This document shows positions 19,197 to 30,286 of a DNA stretch of 64,000 bases, piece by piece (within the stretch, counting starts at the first letter, position 1; every line of letters starts with the position of its first letter). This DNA is from an uncultured Eubacteriales bacterium. GTDB lineage: Bacteria > Bacillota > Clostridia > Oscillospirales > Oscillospiraceae. The notes under the pieces are model-generated. The model worked only from the letters and a program-made list of their open reading frames with translations, ran no database searches and was not told the origin of the DNA. A program made the translations under genes and the position numbers. Where the stretch lies: the NCBI GenBank assembly GCA_900317425.1, contig ONGR01000002.1, positions 40,112 through 104,111 of the forward strand, in the 5' to 3' direction.

Positions 19197-19551
19197 CGCG
19201 AGTAGATCTGTAAGCCGGGTTCTGTCTTGACAGTCATCTATCTAGCCGTACCGTTGCCGATACGATCAAGCCACCTCGGGAGCGGCCGGGCCGGCCTGTT
19301 GCTCCCATACCGGTGTTGCTCCGGATAGAGTTTACAGCATCGGACTGTTCCCAGCCGATGGGTGAGCTCTTACCTCGCCTTTCCACCCTTACCACGTCGG
19401 TGCAGATGCGCCCCGTGGCGGTATATCTCTGTTGCACTTTTCCTGAAGTCGCCTTCGGCGGGCGTTACCCGTTATCCTTGCCCTGTGGAGCCCGGACTTT
19501 CCTCATGAGCAGGCTTTCGCCTTACCCCCGCGACTGTCTGATCTGCTCGCG
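19197..19551 (-). ncRNA. rnpB: RNase P RNA (type A)
   Basis: Minus-strand motifs GAGGAAAGTCCGGGCTCC, GGTAAGGGTGGAAAGGCGAGGTAAGAGCTCACC and ACAGAACCCGGCTTA. P1 pairing is CGCGAGCAGATC / GATCTACTCGCG. Confidence 0.93.
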
Positions 19552-19557
19552 GTACAT

Positions 19558-19586
19558 ATTTTACCCAAGTCGACTGGGAAAGTCAA
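19558..19586 (-). promoter_or_regulatory. Sigma-A promoter of rnpB
   Basis: Minus strand TTGACT, 17 nt, TAAAAT, ending about 6 nt before the P1 5' end. Confidence 0.6.
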
Positions 19587-19617
19587 CGCTCCTTTGCCAG
19601 TTTTTCTTGGAAATTCA

Positions 19618-19646
19618 TTGAACTGCGGCGGCAAAAGCAGTATAAT
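19618..19646 (+). promoter_or_regulatory. Sigma-A promoter of murD
   Basis: TTGAAC, 17 nt, TATAAT. Confidence 0.5.
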
Positions 19647-19682
19647 ATGGCAGAATGATTTGCTTATTTGGAGGGACAATCT

Positions 19683-21068
19683 GTGACTTTGCGTGACTAT
19701 CTGGATTCCTTGAAAAACCGCAGCGTGGCCGTGATCGGTATCGGCGTCAGCAACACGCCGTTGATCGAGCTGCTGGCCGCGGAGGGGATATCCGTGACTG
19801 CCTGTGACCGCCGTGACCGCGCCGCTTTGGGCGACCTGGCTGACCGCCTGGAGGGGGCTGGCGTTGCCCTGCAGCTGGGGGACGACTATCTGGACCACCT
19901 GCACCACGACGTGATCTTCCGCACGCCCGGCCTGCGGCCGGACGCGCCGCAGCTGCGGCGTGCCGTGGAGCAGGGCAGCGAGCTGACCTCAGAGATGGAG
20001 GTATTCTTTCAGGTCTGTCCCTGTCCCATCATTGCCGTGACCGGATCGGACGGAAAGACCACCACAACCACCATCATCGCCGAGCTGCTGAAAGCCGCCG
20101 GGTACATCGTCCACGTGGGCGGAAACATCGGCCATCCGCTGCTGTGCGAGGCGGGGAATATGAGCGCCGGTGATTACGCCGTGTTGGAGCTCAGCTCCTT
20201 CCAGCTGATGTCCATGACCTGCAGTCCCCATATCGCCGTGGTGACCAACCTGGCACCCAACCACCTGGACTGGCACCGGGATATGGATGAGTATGTCTGG
20301 GCAAAAGAGAATCTGATCCGCCACCAGGGGGCGGAGGATATCGCCGTGTTCAATCTGGACAACGATGTCACCCGTGAACTGGCCGGCCGCGCCAAGGGAC
20401 GCGTCCGCTTCTTCAGCCGGCAGAACGAAGCCGCTGACGGGGTGTTCCTGCGGGGACAGGAGATCGTCAGCCGCCGTGACGGCTTGGAGCGCCGGGTGAT
20501 GACCACGGCGGATATCAAGCTGCCCGGCGTCCACAACGTGGAGAACTATATGGCGGCCATCGCCGCCGTGGACGGCCTGGTGCCGGACGAGGTGATCGTC
20601 CGCTTTGCCCGGGAGTTCGGCGGCGTGGAGCACCGCATCGAGCTGGTCCGCACCTGGCGCGGGATCCGCTTCTACAACGACTCCATCGCCTCCAGCCCCA
20701 GCCGGACCATCGCCGGACTGCGGTCCTTCCCCGAGAAGGTGATCCTCATCGCCGGCGGCTACGACAAGCACATCCCCTTTGACGTGCTGGGCCCGGAGAT
20801 CGTGGAGCACGTAAAGCTGCTGGTGCTCTGCGGCGCCACGGCGGAAAAGATCGAGGAAGCCGTTAAAAACGCACCTGAGTACGCCCCCGGCCATCCGGAG
20901 ATCCTCCATGCCGCCCCCTTCAAAAAGGCGGTGGAGGCGGCCCGTGACGCCGCCGAAGAGGGCGACGTGGTGACCCTGTCTCCCGCCTGCGCGGCATTTG
21001 ACCAGTTTAAGAACTTTATGGAGCGGGGCAAGACCTTTAAGACCATCGTCAACGGCTGGCAGGAATAA
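19683..21068 (+). CDS. murD: UDP-N-acetylmuramoyl-L-alanine--D-glutamate ligase
   Basis: Mur ligase motifs (VTGSDGKTTT, NLAPNHLDWH, GVEHR). GTG 19683 sits behind a GGAGGG SD. Confidence 0.9.
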   Translation: MTLRDYLDSLKNRSVAVIGIGVSNTPLIELLAAEGISVTACDRRDRAALGDLADRLEGAGVALQLGDDYLDHLHHDVIFRTPGLRPDAPQLRRAVEQGSELTSEMEVFFQVCPCPIIAVTGSDGKTTTTTIIAELLKAAGYIVHVGGNIGHPLLCEAGNMSAGDYAVLELSSFQLMSMTCSPHIAVVTNLAPNHLDWHRDMDEYVWAKENLIRHQGAEDIAVFNLDNDVTRELAGRAKGRVRFFSRQNEAADGVFLRGQEIVSRRDGLERRVMTTADIKLPGVHNVENYMAAIAAVDGLVPDEVIVRFAREFGGVEHRIELVRTWRGIRFYNDSIASSPSRTIAGLRSFPEKVILIAGGYDKHIPFDVLGPEIVEHVKLLVLCGATAEKIEEAVKNAPEYAPGHPEILHAAPFKKAVEAARDAAEEGDVVTLSPACAAFDQFKNFMERGKTFKTIVNGWQE

Positions 21069-21107
21069 TTCCCCGCCTGCGGCATATCCTCTCTGGGGGT
21101 GTATGCC

Positions 21108-23781
<2,674 letters not shown>

Positions 23782-23829
23782 GGCGAGGCCAAGGCCCTGC
23801 ACACCGACACGCCCCTGCGCAATCAGGTG

Positions 23830-24010
23830 GTCTACTGTCCGGGAGCTGCTGTGGGCGTGCCAGATCGAAACGCTATGCCAATGGGCACGGATCGTGGACG
23901 GTTTCCGCTGTGACGCAGCCGGCGCGGTGCCGGTGGAGTTCCGGCTGGCGGCCCGGAAAGCGGTGGAGAAGGTGCGTCCCGGCTGTATCTGGCCGGCGGA
24001 GAGCGTTTTC
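23830..24010 (+). pseudogene. Remnant of a GH13 alpha-amylase-family gene
   Basis: Frame containing ...LLWACQIETLCQWARIVDGFRCDAAGAVPVEFRLAARKAVEKVRPGCIWPAESV is the GH13 region II (DGFRxDAA) neighbourhood. No start codon and no N- or C-terminal domains. Flanking frames are broken. Confidence 0.55.
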
Positions 24011-24176
24011 CCCTTGCAGGAGAGAGGTGGGAGCATCCCTGTGGTTTTTACCAGACGACGTCTATCAGAATCGAATCGACGGGACCGGTGTGGCGGTGCG
24101 GAACGGCTGCACTGTCTGCAGGGAAAAACCAATGATCCCGCTGTGATCGGTTCTGCCGAAATGAATTGTTAAAGAG

Positions 24177-24205
24177 TTGACATCCTTTTACCCCCTTGCT
24201 AAAAT
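24177..24205 (+). promoter_or_regulatory. Sigma-A promoter of the CoA-transferase gene
   Basis: TTGACA, 17 nt, TAAAAT. Confidence 0.6.
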
Positions 24206-24247
24206 AATACTGTTCAGGGGAAAACACTTAGCGGAGAAAGAGGAACC

Positions 24248-25597
24248 ATGGCTTCAGCTTTCAACTATGCATCCAAATATCAGAGCAAGCTTTGCTCTGC
24301 GGATCAGGCTGCTCGCGTGATCAAAAGCGGTGACTGGATCGATATCGGCATGGGCGCCGGATTTCCGTCCCTGATGGATGCCGCTATCGCCAGAAGAAAA
24401 GAGGAGCTGCGGGACGTAAAGGTCCGCGGCTATCTGATTTTTAACCCCATTCAGATGGTGGAGTCTGACACGGAGCGAAAGCACTTCATTTACAACAGTT
24501 GGCATATGTCGGCCTATGAGCGCAAGCTCTTCGACCGGGGATTGTGCAGCTTCTGCCCCATGGTATTCCGCAATCTCGGCGCATACTATACCCATTTCCT
24601 CACGGTAAACGTGGCGATGCTGGCAGTACCGCCCATGAATGCCCACGGGTATTTTAACTTCTCTGTGGCCAATGCCTCGGCCCGTGCCGTGCTGGATAAG
24701 GCGGATATCGTCATTTTGGAGGTCAACGAGAATCTGCCGTGGGTCTACGGCGGTCTGGACGAGTGCATCCATATCGACGACGTGGACATGATCGTGGAGG
24801 GCGAGCACGGGCCCCTGCCCAGTCTGGCACCTACCACGGCCTCTGCTGAGGAGATGATGATCGCCGAATACGTGGTCCAGAATATGTCCAACGGCTCCAC
24901 GCTGCAGCTTGGCATCGGATCCCTGCCCAACGCGGTGGGCCAGATGCTGGCCCGGTCCGATCTGCGGGATCTGGGTGTCAATACGGAGATGCTGTGCGAC
25001 TCCTATCTGGAGCTTTACAAGGCCGGCAAGGTGACCAACCGAATGAAGAACATCGACCGCTACAAGAGCGTTTTCGGTTTTGCCATCGGTTCGCCGGAGC
25101 TTTACGAGTGGGCCAGAGAGAATCCCGGTGTGGTGACGTATCCGGTGTCTTACTGCAACGACCCGGGCAATATCGGGCAGTTGGACAACTTTGTGTCCAT
25201 CAACAACTGCATCTCTGTGGATCTGTACGGCCAAATCTGTGCGGAGACCGCCGGAATGCGGCAGATCAGCGGCACCGGCGGCCAGCTGGACTTTTTGGAG
25301 GGGGCGGCGCTGTCCAAGGGCGGTAAGGCGTTTATCTGCATGACCTCGTCCTTTACCGATAAGCACGGAAACGTGCAGTCCCGGATCAAGCCCACGCTGA
25401 TGAGCGGCGACGTGGTCACCGATCCCCGCAGCCTGTCGTTTTACATCGTCACCGAATACGGCGGCGTCAATTTGCTGGGCTGCACCACATGGGAGCGGGC
25501 GGAGCGGCTGATCTCCGTGGCGCATCCCGATTTCCGTGAAGGATTGATCGCCGCGGCGGAAAAGCAGGGGATCTGGATCCGCTCCAACAAGCGATGA
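24248..25597 (+). CDS. Acetyl-CoA hydrolase/transferase family enzyme, butyryl-CoA:acetate CoA-transferase-like
   Basis: About 449 aa. The N-terminus (YQSKLCSADQAARVIKSGDWIDIG) and GIGSLPNAV / SGTGGQLDF motifs resemble Roseburia/Faecalibacterium But-type 4-hydroxybutyrate CoA-transferase family enzymes. Confidence 0.8.
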   Translation: MASAFNYASKYQSKLCSADQAARVIKSGDWIDIGMGAGFPSLMDAAIARRKEELRDVKVRGYLIFNPIQMVESDTERKHFIYNSWHMSAYERKLFDRGLCSFCPMVFRNLGAYYTHFLTVNVAMLAVPPMNAHGYFNFSVANASARAVLDKADIVILEVNENLPWVYGGLDECIHIDDVDMIVEGEHGPLPSLAPTTASAEEMMIAEYVVQNMSNGSTLQLGIGSLPNAVGQMLARSDLRDLGVNTEMLCDSYLELYKAGKVTNRMKNIDRYKSVFGFAIGSPELYEWARENPGVVTYPVSYCNDPGNIGQLDNFVSINNCISVDLYGQICAETAGMRQISGTGGQLDFLEGAALSKGGKAFICMTSSFTDKHGNVQSRIKPTLMSGDVVTDPRSLSFYIVTEYGGVNLLGCTTWERAERLISVAHPDFREGLIAAAEKQGIWIRSNKR

Positions 25598-25649
25598 GTA
25601 CATAACCACGAGGTGAAGCATATGACGAAACGAAGCCTGGCGTTTTTTT

Positions 25650-26180
25650 TTGGCGCTGCTGGTTGCGCTGTCCCTGTTTGCCTGCGGCAAAAAGCCGCAA
25701 ACGCCGGTCACAGAGCCGGATCCGCCGATCCAGCAGGGACAGACGGTGGAGGTGACGGATCCCATTCAGCCGGATCATCCCATCGACACACCGGCCCCAA
25801 CCGATGACCCGGGCGATGCGGCGACCCTGGATGAGGATGGCATATATACCTCCAAAGAGGACGTGGCGCTGTATATCCACCTCTACGGACATTTGCCGAA
25901 TAACTTTATTACCAAAAAGGAGGCCCAGGCGCTGGGCTGGACAGGCGGTTCACTGGAACCCTACGCACCGGGCAAATGCATCGGCGGCAGCCGATTCGGC
26001 AACTACGAGGGGGCGCTTCCGGACGCACCGGGGCGGAAATACACCGAATGTGACATTGATACCCTGGGAGCCAAGGGCCGGGGCGCCAAGCGGATCGTCT
26101 TTTCCAACGACGGTTTGATCTACTACACGGAGGATCATTATCAGACGTTTGAACTGCTATATGGCGAGGTGGAAGGATGA
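25650..26180 (+). CDS. Barnase-family secreted ribonuclease. The lipoprotein signal peptide is split from ATG 25622 by a T9 frameshift
   Basis: The C-terminal domain aligns with barnase (YITKKEAQALGW, PGKCIGG, catalytic E in YTECDI, R..R in GRGAKRIV, H in TEDHYQTF). Lipobox is LFAC|G. Confidence 0.85.
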   Translation: MALLVALSLFACGKKPQTPVTEPDPPIQQGQTVEVTDPIQPDHPIDTPAPTDDPGDAATLDEDGIYTSKEDVALYIHLYGHLPNNFITKKEAQALGWTGGSLEPYAPGKCIGGSRFGNYEGALPDAPGRKYTECDIDTLGAKGRGAKRIVFSNDGLIYYTEDHYQTFELLYGEVEG

Positions 26181-26443
26181 GAGAGATCATTTTTGACGGC
26201 GCGGAGCTGCGCTATCCCCAACAGATCCAGGAGGCGCTGGCAGAGCGGATGGAATTCCCGTATTGGTATGGCCGGAACCTGGATGCCCTCTATGATTGCC
26301 TGGGTGACGTGTGTGAGGAGACAACGATCATTCTGCGCAACTGGGAAGAGGAGGGCTATCACGGTGCCGTGCTGCGCGTGATGAGAGATATCGCGGAGGA
26401 GAATGGCTGCCTACGCATCGTGGTGGAGGACGGGGAAGAATAA
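26177..26443 (+). CDS. Barstar-family ribonuclease inhibitor
   Basis: FPYWYGRNLDALYDCL matches barstar YYGENLDALWDCL. ATGA overlap with the RNase gene. Confidence 0.88.
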   Translation: MREIIFDGAELRYPQQIQEALAERMEFPYWYGRNLDALYDCLGDVCEETTIILRNWEEEGYHGAVLRVMRDIAEENGCLRIVVEDGEE

Positions 26444-26446
26444 GCC

Positions 26447-26475
26447 TTGACATTTTTCCCGGCGCATATTATACT
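26447..26475 (+). promoter_or_regulatory. Sigma-A promoter of the valS leader
   Basis: TTGACA, 17 nt, TATACT. Confidence 0.6.
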
Positions 26476-26481
26476 GAAACG

Positions 26482-26742
26482 AACATGATATGGCGATGAT
26501 GGGAAGCAGTAAGCGGTATGTCTGATGCGAAGAGAGGGAGCGGCTGGTGTAAGCTCCCGTGAGGCGCCGCCCAAGTCGTCCCGGAGCTTTTCGGCTGAAC
26601 AACTCAGTAGGCCGGAACGGTTGTCCACCGTTATGGGGACACGGCACAGATGTGCCGGCAGAGTGCGGGAGCGATCCCGAATACAGGTGGTACCACGGAC
26701 TTATGTTCGCCCTGTTTTGCGTTGGCAAAACAGGGCGTTTTT
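26482..26742 (+). promoter_or_regulatory. T-box leader (tRNA-sensing riboswitch) for valS
   Basis: AGAGAG bulge plus GGTGTAA distal loop. T-box sequence AATACAGGTGGTACCACGG (26681-26699). Terminator CGCCCTGTTTTGC/GCAAAACAGGGCG plus T5 (26708-26742). Confidence 0.85.
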
Positions 26743-26778
26743 CTGTTTTGCCGAAATTCAGAAGAAGGAGAAAAACAC

Positions 26779-29412
26779 ATGAGAAAAGAACTGCCGAAGG
26801 TGTACGATCCCCGGGACGTGGAATCCCGGATCTACCAGATGTGGATGGACAACGGCTGCTTCCGGGCGGAGGCCGACCCGGACAAGAAGCCCTTTTCCAT
26901 CGTCATGCCGCCACCCAACGTGACGGGCCAGCTCCACATGGGTCACGCCATGGACTCCACGCTGCAGGATATCCTGACCCGCTTCAAGCGGATGCAGGGC
27001 TATGCCGCCCTGTGGCTGCCCGGCACGGATCACGCCGGCATCGCCACCCAGATCAAGGTGGAGGAGACCCTCCGCAACGAGGAGGGCCTGACTCGCTACG
27101 ACCTGGGCCGGGAGAAGTTCCTGGAGCGCGTTTGGGCCTGGAAGGAGAAGTACGGCAACCGCATCGTGGAACAGCAGATGAAGATGGGCGCCTCCTGCGA
27201 TTGGAGCCGTTCCCGCTTCACCATGGACGAGGGCTGCTCCAAGGCCGTTCGCGAGACCTTCTGCGAACTGTACGATAAGGGCCTCATCTACAAGGGCAGC
27301 CGCATCATCAACTGGTGCCCCCACTGCCTGACCGCCCTCAGCGACGCCGAGGTGGAGTACGTGGATAAGCCCGGTCATCTGTGGTACATCCGCTATCCGC
27401 TGTCTGACGGCAGCGGCGAGATCGTGGTGGCCACCACCCGCCCGGAGACCATGATGGGCGACACCGGCGTGGCCGTCAACCCCGAGGACGAGAACTTCAA
27501 GCACCTCATCGGCAAGACCTGTATCCTGCCTATCATGAATCGGGAGATCCCCATCGTGGGCGACGAGTACTGCGAGATCGGCTTCGGTACCGGCGCCGTG
27601 AAGATGACCCCTGCCCACGACCCCAACGACTTCGAGGTGGGCCTGCGCCACAATCTGGAGGTCATCCGCGTCATCAATGACGACGGTACCATTAACGAGA
27701 ACGGCGGCCCCTACAACGGCATGGATCGCTACGCCTGCCGCAAGGCCCTGGTGAAGGATCTGGAGGAGCAGGGCTATCTGGTGAAGGTGGAGCCCTATTC
27801 CCACAACGTGGGCACCTGCTACCGCTGCCACAACGACGTGGAGCCCCTGATCTCCGCCCAGTGGTTCGTGAAGATGGAGCCTCTGGCCAAGGAGGCCATC
27901 CGGGTGGTGAAGGACGGCACCATCAAGTTCGTCCCCGAGCGCTTTACCAAGACCTATATCAACTGGATGGAGAACGTCCACGACTGGTGCATCTCCCGCC
28001 AGCTGTGGTGGGGCCACCAGATCCCCGCCTGGTACTGCGATGACTGCGGCCACATCAACGTGTCCCGCCAGGATCCCACCCGGTGCGAGAAGTGCGGATG
28101 CGAGCATTTGACCCGTGAAGAGGATGTCCTTGACACCTGGTTCAGCTCAGCGCTTTGGCCCTTCTCCACCATGGGCTGGCCCGACACGGAGGCTGCCGAT
28201 CTGAAGTACTGGTATCCCACCTCCGTCATGGTCACCGGCTATGATATCATCTTCTTCTGGGTGGCCCGCATGATCTTCTCCGGTATGGAGCAGATGAAGA
28301 AGGAGCCCTTCCACACGGTGTTCATCCACGGCTTGGTTCGGGACGACAAGGGCCGCAAGATGTCCAAGTCCCTGGGCAACGGCATCGATCCCCTGGAAAT
28401 GGCGGAGAAGTACGGCGCCGACGCCCTGCGCTTCAACCTGATCACCGGCAACAGCCCCGGCAACGACATGCGCTTTTACGTGGAGAAGTGTGAGGCCATG
28501 CGCAACTTTGCCAATAAGATCTGGAATGCCTCCCGCTTTGTGATGATGAATCTGACCATCGACAAGGTGGAACTGCCGGAGAAGCTGGAGCGGGAGGATA
28601 AGTGGGTCCTCAGCAAGCTGAACACGCTGATCCACGAGGTCACTGACAATATGGACGCCTTCGAGCTGGGCGTGGCCTCCGCCAAGATCTATGACTTCAT
28701 CTGGGACACCTACTGCGACTGGTATATCGAGCTGACCAAGACCCGGTTGAACGGCGAGGACGCCGAGGCCCGCCTGGCCGCGGAGAACGTGCTGTGCTAC
28801 GTGCTGCTGCGGATCCTGGAGCTGCTGCATCCCTTTATGCCGTTTATCACCGAGGAGATCTGGCAGGCGCTGCCCCATGAGGGCGACTTCCTGATCCGGG
28901 CCAAGTGGCCGGAATACAGCGATGCTTTGAGCTTCCCGGAGGACGAGACCGCCATGGAGGCGGTGAAAGACGCCATCTCCGCTGTCCGCGCCCGCCGCGC
29001 CGAGATGAACGTGCCGCCCAGCAAGAAGGCCAAGGTCATCATCGTCACCGCCCAGCCCCGGAACTACGAAGAGGGCCGCCATTTCATCACCCGTCTGGCC
29101 TATGCCAGCGAGGTGGAGGTACTTACCGCGGCACCTGCCGACCTGAGCGGCATGGTCACCGTGGTCACCCACGACGCCAACGTCTATATGCCCCTGAGCG
29201 AGCTGGTGGATCTGGAGAAGGAGCGCCAGCGCATCGAGAAGGAACTGGCCAAGGCGAGGGAGAATCTGGCTCGTATCGAGGGCAAGCTGCGCAACGAGGC
29301 CTTTGTCTCCAAGGCGCCGGAGGCCGTGGTCAACGCCGAGCGGGACAAGGCGGAGAAGGCCCGGGCTCTGATCGCCAAGCTGGAGGAGTCTGCCGCGGCG
29401 ATGAAATACTGA
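26779..29412 (+). CDS. valS: Valine--tRNA ligase
   Basis: HMGH and KMSKS motifs, editing domain and C-terminal coiled coil. ATG 26779 sits after a GAAGGAG SD. The longer ORF start overlaps the T-box leader. Confidence 0.94.
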   Translation: MRKELPKVYDPRDVESRIYQMWMDNGCFRAEADPDKKPFSIVMPPPNVTGQLHMGHAMDSTLQDILTRFKRMQGYAALWLPGTDHAGIATQIKVEETLRNEEGLTRYDLGREKFLERVWAWKEKYGNRIVEQQMKMGASCDWSRSRFTMDEGCSKAVRETFCELYDKGLIYKGSRIINWCPHCLTALSDAEVEYVDKPGHLWYIRYPLSDGSGEIVVATTRPETMMGDTGVAVNPEDENFKHLIGKTCILPIMNREIPIVGDEYCEIGFGTGAVKMTPAHDPNDFEVGLRHNLEVIRVINDDGTINENGGPYNGMDRYACRKALVKDLEEQGYLVKVEPYSHNVGTCYRCHNDVEPLISAQWFVKMEPLAKEAIRVVKDGTIKFVPERFTKTYINWMENVHDWCISRQLWWGHQIPAWYCDDCGHINVSRQDPTRCEKCGCEHLTREEDVLDTWFSSALWPFSTMGWPDTEAADLKYWYPTSVMVTGYDIIFFWVARMIFSGMEQMKKEPFHTVFIHGLVRDDKGRKMSKSLGNGIDPLEMAEKYGADALRFNLITGNSPGNDMRFYVEKCEAMRNFANKIWNASRFVMMNLTIDKVELPEKLEREDKWVLSKLNTLIHEVTDNMDAFELGVASAKIYDFIWDTYCDWYIELTKTRLNGEDAEARLAAENVLCYVLLRILELLHPFMPFITEEIWQALPHEGDFLIRAKWPEYSDALSFPEDETAMEAVKDAISAVRARRAEMNVPPSKKAKVIIVTAQPRNYEEGRHFITRLAYASEVEVLTAAPADLSGMVTVVTHDANVYMPLSELVDLEKERQRIEKELAKARENLARIEGKLRNEAFVSKAPEAVVNAERDKAEKARALIAKLEESAAAMKY

Positions 29413-29466
29413 TTTCTCCGGCGGGGTGACGCATTTCGACCAAAAGTAAAAAACCTGTAAGGTATA

Positions 29467-29502
29467 ATCACCGTAGATCTATGATCTACGGTGATTTTTT
29501 TT
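29467..29502 (+). terminator. Rho-independent terminator after valS
   Basis: 13-bp stem ATCACCGTAGATC/GATCTACGGTGAT followed by T8. Confidence 0.8.
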
Positions 29503-29519
29503 ACAGAGGAGGAGAGCGG

Positions 29520-29825
29520 ATGGAGATCGGCACGGTATGTCAGGAGCGGAAGCTGACGTTGTTGTTAAAGGGCGAATTGGACCATCATGGGGCGAAAGGC
29601 CTGATCAGCAGGGCGGAGCAGGAGATCGAGGCGGCCCTGCCTCTGAAGCTGGTATTGGATTTTGCAGGTGTCAGCTTTATGGATAGCTCCGGGATCGCAG
29701 TTGTGATTCGCTGCAGGCAGCGGATGCGTGAACTGGGCGGCAGCGTTGTCTTGAACCACGTTCCCCAGCAGCCCAGAAAGGTATTTGAGGCATCCGGGAT
29801 CACCCGGCTGGTTGCCATGGAATAA
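29520..29825 (+). CDS. spoIIAA: Anti-sigma-F factor antagonist
   Basis: STAS domain with phosphorylatable Ser in FMDSSGI. First gene of spoIIAA-AB-sigF. Confidence 0.9.
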   Translation: MEIGTVCQERKLTLLLKGELDHHGAKGLISRAEQEIEAALPLKLVLDFAGVSFMDSSGIAVVIRCRQRMRELGGSVVLNHVPQQPRKVFEASGITRLVAME

Positions 29826-29839
29826 AGGAGGAGTTACAT

Positions 29840-30286
29840 ATGAAACGCACGGAGAATTACGTGAAGATCGAGTTCCTCAGCCGCAGCAGCAACGAGGGAT
29901 TTGCCCGTGTGGCTGCGGCGGGTTTTGCCGCTCAGCTGGATCCCACGCTGGACGAGCTGGGGGATATCAAAACGGCTGTCAGTGAGGCGGTGACTAACGC
30001 TATTGTCCATGGCTATCCGGATGCACTGGGGAAAGTCATGCTGAAAATGCGTGTGACGGAGGGAAATACCCTGGAGCTGACCGTGCGGGATTGGGGCCGC
30101 GGGATTGAGAACATCGAACAGGCCCGCCAGCCCCTCTATACCACCGGCGGTGCCGAGCGCAGCGGTATGGGATTTACCATCATGGAGAGCTTCATGGATC
30201 GGTTGTCCGTAAAGTCCGCTCCGGGAAAGGGAACGACCGTTGTCATGCGCAAGAGGATCGCCACAAGGATCCCGGCTGTCCGATGA
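29840..30286 (+). CDS. spoIIAB: Anti-sigma-F factor (Ser kinase)
   Basis: GHKL ATPase motifs (EAVTNAIVHGY, DWGRGI, GMGFTIM). Confidence 0.92.
   Translation: MKRTENYVKIEFLSRSSNEGFARVAAAGFAAQLDPTLDELGDIKTAVSEAVTNAIVHGYPDALGKVMLKMRVTEGNTLELTVRDWGRGIENIEQARQPLYTTGGAERSGMGFTIMESFMDRLSVKSAPGKGTTVVMRKRIATRIPAVR

Noticed and set aside
19234-19621. ORFs 19234-19437(-) and 19313-19621(+)
   Set aside because: They lie inside the RNase P RNA gene, which is identified by several universally conserved rnpB motifs.
25613-25807. 64-aa ORF MKHMTKRSLAFFFGAAGCAVPV...
   Set aside because: Only its first ~10 codons look genuine, as the signal-peptide n-region of the barnase gene. The rest is the out-of-frame product created by the T9 run and is Gly/Ala/His-rich with no coding signal.
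25622-26443. Barnase/barstar as a mobile toxin-antitoxin island
   Set aside because: There are no flanking repeats, integrase or transposase, and no obvious compositional break. The pair is embedded in ordinary operon context. I treat it as a chromosomal secreted-RNase/immunity pair, not a mobile element.
26559-26778. Upstream in-frame extensions of valS (ORFs starting at 26559 and 26650)
   Set aside because: They run through the T-box leader and its terminator. ATG 26779, with its GAAGGAG SD, gives the canonical ValRS N-terminus ([11 protein letters not shown]).
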